This document shows, one piece after another, positions 57,236 to 64,000 of a stretch of DNA of 64,000 nucleotides. The DNA comes from Escherichia phage KIT06. The stretch lies in the sequence record OQ349392.1; one strand, written 5' to 3'. The translations under genes were made by a program, and so were the position numbers. Every line of letters starts with the position of its first letter. Position 1 is the first letter of the stretch. The notes below the pieces were generated by a model. That model saw only the letters and a program-made list of their open reading frames with translations, searched no databases and had not been told where the DNA came from.

Positions 57236-57248
57236 ATGTCCTCCTTAT

Positions 57249-57272
57249 TGCTTTATATATTTATTGTATAAT
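57249..57272 (+). promoter_or_regulatory. MotA-dependent middle promoter
   Basis: MotA box TTGCTTTA, 11-bp spacer, -10 TATAAT; upstream of gene 56. Confidence 0.55.
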
Positions 57273-57308
57273 TAATCTACTAACCCATGAATTGAAAGGA
57301 AAAATAAC

Positions 57309-57827
57309 ATGCCACATTTTAACGAATGTAGTCATCTGATCGAAGGCGCTGATAAAGCTCAAAATGAATACTGGGATATTCTCGGTGATGAAAAAGACCC
57401 GCTGCAGGTTATGCTTGATATGCAGAAATCTTTGCAGGTTCGTTTAGCTAAAGATAAACCTGAATATAACCGTCATCCTGATGATTTGGCTACTGCTGGT
57501 GAAGTTGTTGATTGGCTGCGTAATCAGAAAGATTATATTGATGATGAATTCCGCGAACTTCTGACTTCTCTTGGCGGTATGAGCAATGGCGAAAAAGATG
57601 CATCTGCTGTATGGAAACCTTGGAAGTCACAGCACGGTGAACGCCGTGAAACTCTAATTACTGATTTGTCTCCACAAGACCAGTTAGAAATTAAATTCGA
57701 AATGATTGATATTCTTCATTTCGTTCTGAATATGTTCCAAGGTCTCGGTCTTACGGCTGAAGAAATCTTTAAACTTTATTATCTGAAAAATGCTGAAAAC
57801 TTCGCTCGTCAAGATCGAGGTTATTAA
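57309..57827 (+). CDS. 56: dCTP pyrophosphatase gp56
   Basis: 172 aa M(P)HFNEC(S)HLIEG...NEYWDILGDEKDPLQVMLDMQ...LYYLKNAENFARQDRGY. Confidence 0.92.
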   Translation: MPHFNECSHLIEGADKAQNEYWDILGDEKDPLQVMLDMQKSLQVRLAKDKPEYNRHPDDLATAGEVVDWLRNQKDYIDDEFRELLTSLGGMSNGEKDASAVWKPWKSQHGERRETLITDLSPQDQLEIKFEMIDILHFVLNMFQGLGLTAEEIFKLYYLKNAENFARQDRGY

Positions 57828-58036
57828 TGGCTCGTTTAAATAAACGCCAGCTTAAGAAAGCCCGCAAGAAACGTATTGACCAGCTATTTAAAAATTATGA
57901 CAAAGAGCTCGTATGTGAGCTCTTATCTAATCAGCTTCGTGTGGTTGATTGGGTTGATTGGGTTGTAGAAGAAGGTCCTGATGAAATTTTTGTCAGCGAA
58001 GAAGCCTTAAAATTAATTATAGAACATTCAAAATGA
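57827..58036 (+). CDS. hypothetical small protein (occupies the T4 segF position)
   Basis: 69 aa; contains 9-bp tandem repeat encoding VDWVDWV. Confidence 0.45.
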   Translation: MARLNKRQLKKARKKRIDQLFKNYDKELVCELLSNQLRVVDWVDWVVEEGPDEIFVSEEALKLIIEHSK

Positions 58037-58242
58037 AATTTGATTTTTATGCATGGCAAAAAGCCGGGAGACCGGCTAGTCGAGCATTTGGTTCTGATGG
58101 ATATAATATTAGAGCCCATTGGAAATTTAATGCTCCAGAAGATTATTCTCCGGTAATTATTAACGGCGATGTTGTTATATTAACTAAAATCGGGTATTTT
58201 AACGTTCCGCGAGAATTTATTATAAATAATCATGTAATTTAA
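58033..58242 (+). CDS. hypothetical small protein
   Basis: 69 aa, ATGA overlap. Confidence 0.45.
   Translation: MKFDFYAWQKAGRPASRAFGSDGYNIRAHWKFNAPEDYSPVIINGDVVILTKIGYFNVPREFIINNHVI
58231..58238 (+). promoter_or_regulatory. T4 late promoter (TATAAATA)
   Basis: Exact TATAAATA 21 bp before soc ATG. Confidence 0.65.
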
Positions 58243-58258
58243 ATAAAAGGAGAATTAC

Positions 58259-58516
58259 ATGGCTAGTACTCGCGGTTATGTTAATATCAAAACATTTGAC
58301 CAAGCAGTTGATGGTGGTACAATTCAGGGTAAAGAAATTTCTGTAGCTTTCCCTCTTTATTCTGATGTTCACAAAATTTCTGGTGCTCATTATCAGACAT
58401 TCCCTTCTGAAAAAGCAGCATATTCTACAGTATATGAAGAAAATCAGCGTACTGAATGGATCACTGCTAATGAAGGTCTTTGGACTGTTACACCTACACC
58501 AGGTGTAGGTGGTTAA
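58259..58516 (+). CDS. soc: small outer capsid protein Soc
   Basis: 85 aa MASTRGYVNIKTFDQ...ISVAFPLYSDVHKISGAHYQTFPSEKAAYSTVYEENQRTEW... Confidence 0.9.
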   Translation: MASTRGYVNIKTFDQAVDGGTIQGKEISVAFPLYSDVHKISGAHYQTFPSEKAAYSTVYEENQRTEWITANEGLWTVTPTPGVGG

Positions 58517-58525
58517 ATAATTTAA

Positions 58526-58548
58526 GGAATCCTTCGGGGTTCCTTTTT
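58526..58548 (+). terminator. rho-independent terminator (UUCG tetraloop)
   Basis: GGAATCC-TTCG-GGGTTCC followed by TTTTT. Confidence 0.8.
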
Positions 58549-58559
58549 CGTTTTTGCAG

Positions 58560-58588
58560 TTTACATATCAAAATGAGTGTGGTATAAT
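58560..58588 (+). promoter_or_regulatory. T4-type early promoter
   Basis: TTTACA-N17-TATAAT. Confidence 0.7.
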
Positions 58589-58614
58589 AGAATTATCTTA
58601 TAGAGGAGAACACT

Positions 58615-58827
58615 ATGTTAAATCGTTGGATTAAACCAAATGAAGACCTCCAGAAGGTTCTTGATAAAGCTATCGCTGATAAATGGGGTATGAAAAGCTG
58701 GGATTGTGATGTCGTCACGCATTCATTCATGATGCATGCAGATGGTTCAGTCGAGTTCAATGCTGAAATGCGATACACTGACTGGGGTGGATTTCAAAGA
58801 GTCGAATTTCAAAGAGGCTTTTTGTAA
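58615..58827 (+). CDS. hypothetical small protein
   Basis: 70 aa after AGAGGAGAACACTATG. Confidence 0.5.
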   Translation: MLNRWIKPNEDLQKVLDKAIADKWGMKSWDCDVVTHSFMMHADGSVEFNAEMRYTDWGGFQRVEFQRGFL

Positions 58828-59168
58828 TGTTTATCTTTAATTGGTTTAAAAGTTTCTTTACGGATTTTTTCTCTACAACTCCCGGAGAAGGTGTAGTTCC
58901 TATTTCAAACGACTACCTTCCTTTAACTGTAGTTGAATATGTTTATATGGGAGATGGAACAGTAGAAGCAGTTACTATGACTTATGAAGAAGCCCAAGAA
59001 TATTATAAAAATCCTTGGCGCTGGTCAACACCTACTACATCATCTAATACACAGAATACGCAGTCTAGTTCTGATTCATATGATACTAATGTTCCTGTTC
59101 ATGTATGGACGGGCGATTCATGTGGAAGTTCTTGTGATTCTAGTTGTTCATCTACATCTTGTGATTGA
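58827..59168 (+). CDS. hypothetical protein with Ser/Cys-rich C-terminus
   Basis: 113 aa ending [18 protein letters not shown]. Confidence 0.45.
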   Translation: MFIFNWFKSFFTDFFSTTPGEGVVPISNDYLPLTVVEYVYMGDGTVEAVTMTYEEAQEYYKNPWRWSTPTTSSNTQNTQSSSDSYDTNVPVHVWTGDSCGSSCDSSCSSTSCD

Positions 59169-59176
59169 GGAAAATT

Positions 59177-59662
59177 ATGGAAGCGATTTTGTTTGAAATG
59201 TATATTAGCAGTAATAGTATGTCGTTTGCTAAAGACGTTCCAATTACTGTAGCAGTAATGATTGATAAAAGATATGATAATAGCATGTATCTAGTAGAAG
59301 ATTTTATTTCAATGCCAGTTCCAGAAGATGCTGAAATAAAACTTAAAAAGATTGGTATTATTGAAACTGTACGAAATTCTCCATTTATGTCAATTCAAGC
59401 ATTTACTAAATCTAACTATATTGATGTTGCTGAAGCATATTATAACAATAAACCGTTGCCATTATATTCATATGATTCAATATATGACTGGAAAGTAGAT
59501 AAGGGAAATAAATTTATAATTACGGAAGAAAATGCGCTATCATATTTTATTACCTCTTTATGGAATAATTTAAATCCAAATTTGCTAAAAATTCATAAAT
59601 TCGATGATGCTCCTACTGTTGTTTTAGGTAAAATAAATGAAAGTTCTGAAGAAAATGTTTGA
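59177..59662 (+). CDS. hypothetical protein
   Basis: ATG 59177 after GAGG (track start 59165 is TTG). Confidence 0.45.
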   Translation: MEAILFEMYISSNSMSFAKDVPITVAVMIDKRYDNSMYLVEDFISMPVPEDAEIKLKKIGIIETVRNSPFMSIQAFTKSNYIDVAEAYYNNKPLPLYSYDSIYDWKVDKGNKFIITEENALSYFITSLWNNLNPNLLKIHKFDDAPTVVLGKINESSEENV

Positions 59663-59840
59663 ATGGTTCAATAGACCAAACTCAATGTACATTGATGATG
59701 GTTGGGTTGAACAAGCAAATAAAGAAATACAGAATGAATCAGAAGAATGGATGAAATCAATGATTAGTGCTGAGAAAGAAAAGAAATTAGAACGCTCAGC
59801 GCTTAAATTGATGAGAGACATCTATGGGGATAAATCATGA
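59637..59840 (+). CDS. hypothetical small protein
   Basis: 67-aa ORF overlapping upstream gene end. Confidence 0.35.
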   Translation: MKVLKKMFEWFNRPNSMYIDDGWVEQANKEIQNESEEWMKSMISAEKEKKLERSALKLMRDIYGDKS

Positions 59841-60001
59841 ACAGAGATATGACGCTAGAAGAGGCCAAGGCTAAAGCAAATGAAGCATTGGATTTGCTTC
59901 TTAAAATCGGTAGTAAAATGATGAAAGAAAATGAGAAATATATCCAGGAAAACAAAATTCCTGACGGCCCGTTAGTAGGCAAGAGGAAATCACATGATTG
60001 A
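59837..60001 (+). CDS. hypothetical small protein (54 aa)
   Basis: Not in the track; overlaps both neighbours. Confidence 0.35.
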   Translation: MNRDMTLEEAKAKANEALDLLLKIGSKMMKENEKYIQENKIPDGPLVGKRKSHD

Positions 60002-60464
60002 AGTAGCAAAACATTATTCAATAGAATTTATGTCTAAAGAAGGTAAATCGGTAAATACACTTGATAAAGAGTGCTCATTAATTATTCCTTTAGCAGAAAA
60101 TCCGGATATTTTAATTAAAGATATAAAAGAAAGAAAATATCCAGAAAATGTTATTCTAATTATAAAGCATACTGAAGATATTTTGCAGAATACTGATTCA
60201 CCGTTTTCTTCTTCCGAAGCTTTAACTATTAAAGGCTATAAAAGAGCCCATGAATATGGTCTTTTTGACCTGTTTGAAGACGATAAAGTTAAATTAGCGA
60301 GTCAACCTTCTAAAAGTAAAACATTCATTATTGAAGATATTAAAGATATAAATGCATTTGTTAAGATGGTCTGGGCTCATTTTGATGTTGGACTACGCTG
60401 GAGAATGTCCGAAGAAGAAAGAAAAATTATTGAAGCTAATCGTTATTTTGGTTTTTATCGCTAG
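59994..60464 (+). CDS. hypothetical protein (possibly mrh-like by position)
   Basis: 156-aa ORF upstream of the mod genes. Confidence 0.45.
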   Translation: MIEVAKHYSIEFMSKEGKSVNTLDKECSLIIPLAENPDILIKDIKERKYPENVILIIKHTEDILQNTDSPFSSSEALTIKGYKRAHEYGLFDLFEDDKVKLASQPSKSKTFIIEDIKDINAFVKMVWAHFDVGLRWRMSEEERKIIEANRYFGFYR

Positions 60465-60472
60465 GAATTAAT

Positions 60473-60655
60473 ATGGATTTATTTGAGATGTTAGAAGATA
60501 ATCATTCTACGAATATCCAGAATGATTCTAGTGATTATAAGAAAGAGTACCGTATAGTATTACAGAATTATGGAATTGAAGCCCCAGATGCTCTTCTAGA
60601 AGAACTAGCTTCATACCATCTTGACCCTCCGCCCTGGGCTCCCTGGGCAAAATAA
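60473..60655 (+). CDS. hypothetical small acidic protein
   Basis: 60-aa ORF. Confidence 0.4.
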   Translation: MDLFEMLEDNHSTNIQNDSSDYKKEYRIVLQNYGIEAPDALLEELASYHLDPPPWAPWAK

Positions 60656-60667
60656 TTCAAAAAGTTG

Positions 60668-60696
60668 TTTACTTTCCTTCCTAACAATGATATGAT
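60668..60696 (+). promoter_or_regulatory. T4-type early promoter
   Basis: TTTACT-N17-TATGAT. Confidence 0.6.
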
Positions 60697-60722
60697 AGCT
60701 TCTGAAGTATATGGAGGCTATC

Positions 60723-61346
60723 ATGATTATTAATCTTGCAGATGTTGAACAGTTATCTATAAAAGCTGAAAGCGTTGATTTTCAATATGATATGTATAAA
60801 AAGGTCTGTGAAAAATTTACTGACTTTGAACAATCAGTTCTTTGGCAATGTATGGAAGCCAAAAAGAATGAATCTCTTCATCGGCAGTTGAATAAAATCA
60901 TTAAAAAGCATTTAACTAAATCACCTTATCAGCTATATCGTGGTATATCAAAATCGACAAAAGAACTCATTAAAGATTTACAAGTTGGAGAAGTGTTTTC
61001 AACGAATAGAGTAGATTCATTTACTACTAGTTTGCACACAGCATGTGGTTTTTCTTATGTTGAGTATTTCACTGAAATAATATTTCGCTTAAAAACTGAT
61101 AAAGCTTTTAATTATTCTGACCATATCAGCGATATTATACTTTCTTCTCCTAATACTGAGTTTAAGTATACATATGAAGATACTGATGGATTAGATTCAG
61201 AACGTACTGATAACTTAATGATGATTGTGCGTGAACAAGAATGGATGATTCCAATTGGAAAGTATAAAATAACTTCTATTTCAAAAGAAAAATTACACGA
61301 TTCGTTTGGAACATTTAAAGTGTATGATATTGAGGTAGTTGAATGA
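60723..61346 (+). CDS. modB: mono-ADP-ribosyltransferase ModB-like
   Basis: ATG 60723 after GGAGG; R-S-E type motifs LYRG, STN, REQEWMIP. Confidence 0.7.
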   Translation: MIINLADVEQLSIKAESVDFQYDMYKKVCEKFTDFEQSVLWQCMEAKKNESLHRQLNKIIKKHLTKSPYQLYRGISKSTKELIKDLQVGEVFSTNRVDSFTTSLHTACGFSYVEYFTEIIFRLKTDKAFNYSDHISDIILSSPNTEFKYTYEDTDGLDSERTDNLMMIVREQEWMIPIGKYKITSISKEKLHDSFGTFKVYDIEVVE

Positions 61347-61945
61347 AATATTCAGCAATGCAATTAAAAGATTTTAAAATCAAATCAATGGATGCATCGG
61401 TGCGTGCTTCTATTCGTGAAGAATTACTTTCTGAAGGATTTAATTTATCCGAAATTGAACTTTTAATTCATTGTATTACTAATAAGCCAGACGATCATTC
61501 TTGGTTAAATGAAATAATCAAATCTCGTTTGGTTCCAAACGATAAACCTCTTTGGAGAGGTGTTCCAGTTGAGACTAAGCAGGCGTTAAATCAAGGAATT
61601 GATATTATTACATTTGATAAAGTAGTATCAGCTTCATATGATAAAAATATAGCTTTACATTTTGCTTCTGGATTAGAATACAATACACAAGTTATTTTTG
61701 AATTCAAAGCTCCTATGGTATTTAATTTCCAGGAGTATGCTATAAAAGCTTTACGTTGTAAAGAATATAGTCCGAGTTTTAAATTTCCAGATAGCCATCG
61801 CTATCGTAATATGGAATTAGTTTCAGATGAACAAGAAGTAATGATACCAGCTGGAAGTGTATTTAGAATTGCGGATAGATATGAATATAAAAAGTATTCA
61901 ACATACACTATCTATACTCTTGATTTTGAAGGATTTAATCTATAA
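61343..61945 (+). CDS. modA: mono-ADP-ribosyltransferase ModA-like
   Basis: 200 aa; LWRG, SAS, DEQEVMIP motifs; paralogue of upstream gene. Confidence 0.75.
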   Translation: MKYSAMQLKDFKIKSMDASVRASIREELLSEGFNLSEIELLIHCITNKPDDHSWLNEIIKSRLVPNDKPLWRGVPVETKQALNQGIDIITFDKVVSASYDKNIALHFASGLEYNTQVIFEFKAPMVFNFQEYAIKALRCKEYSPSFKFPDSHRYRNMELVSDEQEVMIPAGSVFRIADRYEYKKYSTYTIYTLDFEGFNL

Positions 61946-62002
61946 TGGAAGGACTTAGATTCATTATACCATGAAAGTTTTAAAGCATTTTTCATAAAGT
62001 TG

Positions 62003-62031
62003 TTTACAAGCTGAAGTAAAAATGTTATAGT
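62003..62031 (+). promoter_or_regulatory. T4-type early promoter
   Basis: TTTACA-N17-TATAGT. Confidence 0.65.
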
Positions 62032-62061
62032 ATAAGTAGTTAACCCGTCCGTGAGAAAAAT

Positions 62062-62808
62062 ATGAAACTGTCTAAAAATCAAATTCGTAAAATTACACGT
62101 CGTTTAGAGCATACTCAGGCATCTGCCAAAAGACGTTCTAAAGATTTTAACTTAGACTTCAATTACATTAAGAACATTTTAGATCAGAAAGTTTGCGCTT
62201 ACTCGGGAGAACCTTTTGATAATCGTATTGAAGGAGAGAAATTATCGTTAGAACGTTTTGATAATAACGTTGGATACATTAAAGGGAATGTTATTGCAGT
62301 AAAGAAAAAGTATAATACATTTCGTTCTGATTATACTTTAGAAGAGTTGATTGAAAAGCGTGATTTATTTGCTTTGCGAATTGGTCGTTCATCTGCGAAA
62401 AAAGTTCATAAACTAAATTTAGATGAAAAGAAATGGGCTAAAATCAAAAAGACTTATAATCAAATTAAAGCTATACAGAAAAAACGTGAAAACCGAATTG
62501 AGCACATTTCTCAGCTTTCTAAATCAAAACAAACTTCTGACGTTAAGCTAACGATTATAGCACTCAAAGCTCGTATTGATGGTTCTCGTATAGCAGAAGG
62601 CGCTGAAGTTGTTAAATTGAACGTTCTTCTTAAAGGCTCGGATTGGAAAACTGTGAAAAAGTTGTCAGAAGCAGAAATGCAATATGATATGTGTGATAAA
62701 ATTATTCAAGGTGTAGAGCGGTATCAAAACTTGTCTTTTATTGATAAACTTAAACTGAAAAGAGGATACCCGCTAAATTGTTCAATTTTTAAACTTATCC
62801 GAGGATAA
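62062..62808 (+). CDS. srd: Srd (sigma-like protein)
   Basis: 248-aa basic protein between modA and dda as in T4. Confidence 0.65.
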   Translation: MKLSKNQIRKITRRLEHTQASAKRRSKDFNLDFNYIKNILDQKVCAYSGEPFDNRIEGEKLSLERFDNNVGYIKGNVIAVKKKYNTFRSDYTLEELIEKRDLFALRIGRSSAKKVHKLNLDEKKWAKIKKTYNQIKAIQKKRENRIEHISQLSKSKQTSDVKLTIIALKARIDGSRIAEGAEVVKLNVLLKGSDWKTVKKLSEAEMQYDMCDKIIQGVERYQNLSFIDKLKLKRGYPLNCSIFKLIRG

Positions 62809-62809
62809 T

Positions 62810-63121
62810 ATGTTTTATGTATATGCGATAGTGTATAGAGATAAAGATGGATTTGCGGTGCCTGTTCCTCTTGATGAACATCGTCCTGCTGTATTTTTTG
62901 AAAGGGAGATTGCTGATAAAGTATTTACTACTCTTAAAGAGCAGTATCGACTAGCTTTAGGTATGGGAATTCCGAGATTAGTTGAGACTCCACGCAAGTT
63001 TTGGTTTAATAAAATAGAAGTTAAACATGTTAAGCCTGATGTAGACACACAAAGATTATATCGGCGAATTTTAGATACTGGGCGTATTGTTAGTATACCA
63101 ATTGCAGGGAATTTACGATGA
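62810..63121 (+). CDS. hypothetical protein (dda.1 position)
   Basis: 103 aa; stop overlaps dda ATG. Confidence 0.5.
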   Translation: MFYVYAIVYRDKDGFAVPVPLDEHRPAVFFEREIADKVFTTLKEQYRLALGMGIPRLVETPRKFWFNKIEVKHVKPDVDTQRLYRRILDTGRIVSIPIAGNLR

Positions 63122-64000
63122 CATTTGATGATTTGACAGAAGGCCAGAAAAATGCCTTTAACATCGTTATGAGGGCTATTAAAGAAAAGAAACATCATGT
63201 AACTATTAATGGACCTGCTGGTACTGGTAAGACTACTCTTACTAAGTTCATCATTGAAGCCTTAATATCTACAGGCGAAACTGGCATTATTTTAGCAGCT
63301 CCTACTCATGCAGCTAAAAAGATTCTTTCAAAACTGTCAGGGAAAGAAGCGAGTACTATTCACAGTATTCTTAAAATTAACCCAGTAACATACGAAGAAA
63401 ACGTTCTTTTTGAGCAAAAAGAAGTACCGGATTTGGCTAAATGCAGAGTACTAATCTGCGACGAAGTGTCAATGTATGATAGAAAGCTATTTAAAATTCT
63501 GCTTTCAACTATTCCACCTTGGTGTACTATAATTGGAATAGGCGATAATAAGCAAATTAGACCTGTTGACCCAGGAGAAAATACTGCTTATATCAGTCCA
63601 TTCTTTACGCACAAAGACTTTTATCAGTGTGAACTCACTGAAGTTAAACGCAGTAATGCTCCTATTATTGATGTAGCTACTGATGTTCGTAACGGTAAGT
63701 GGATTTATGATAAAATTGTTGACGGACATGGAGTACGTGGATTTACTGGTGATACCGCTTTACGCGATTTTATGGTAAATTATTTTTCAATCGTCAAATC
63801 ACTAGATGATTTGTTTGAAAATCGCGTAATGGCATTTACGAATAAATCTGTTGATAAGTTAAATAGCATTATTCGCAAAAAGATTTTTGAAACCGATAAA
63901 GATTTTATCGTTGGTGAAATTATTGTAATGCAGGAACCATTAATTAAAACATATAAAATTGATGGAAAGCCTGTGTCAGAAATTATTTTTAATAACGGGC
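63118..64000 (+). CDS. dda: Dda DNA helicase (5' part; continues beyond window)
   Basis: MTFDDLTEGQKNAFNIVMRAIKEKKHHVTINGPAGTGKTTLTKF... Walker A GPAGTGKTT; no stop before window end. Confidence 0.9.
   Translation, partial: MTFDDLTEGQKNAFNIVMRAIKEKKHHVTINGPAGTGKTTLTKFIIEALISTGETGIILAAPTHAAKKILSKLSGKEASTIHSILKINPVTYEENVLFEQKEVPDLAKCRVLICDEVSMYDRKLFKILLSTIPPWCTIIGIGDNKQIRPVDPGENTAYISPFFTHKDFYQCELTEVKRSNAPIIDVATDVRNGKWIYDKIVDGHGVRGFTGDTALRDFMVNYFSIVKSLDDLFENRVMAFTNKSVDKLNSIIRKKIFETDKDFIVGEIIVMQEPLIKTYKIDGKPVSEIIFNNG

Overview
This window is a T-even (T4-like, Tequatrovirus-type) phage early/middle region, in reverse-complement orientation to the standard T4 map; essentially all genes are on the + strand. 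Identifications are from protein sequences recognised by eye and from T4 synteny; no searches were run. Left to right: Acb1(57B)-like, an internal-protein (ipI) cassette, a 10-tRNA array plus a stable-RNA region, nudE, lysozyme e, ipII/ipIII, a vs-regB block with a GrcA-like glycyl-radical protein, tk, rI, a long block of uncharacterised nrdC.x-type genes, nrdC, 49, nrdD, nrdG, 55, alpha-gt, 47, 46, rpbA, 45, 44, 62, regA, 43, imm, 42, uvsX, 40, 41, dmd, sp, 61, 56, soc, modB/modA, srd and the 5' part of dda. Over 20 near-identical early promoters, several late and MotA-type middle promoters and UUCG-tetraloop terminators are visible. Features that look T2/T6-like rather than T4: a DxD glycosyltransferase in the beta-gt slot, an intron-less nrdD, two free-standing GIY-YIG endonuclease genes, two small ORFs where T4 has segF, and two extra tRNAs (Tyr, Asn). 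I could not confirm a single undescribed system; the best candidates are the expanded capsid-targeted internal-protein cassette, the promoter-dense small-gene island after gene 41, and two uncharacterised blocks (17.4-21.5 kb and 22.9-26.9 kb).
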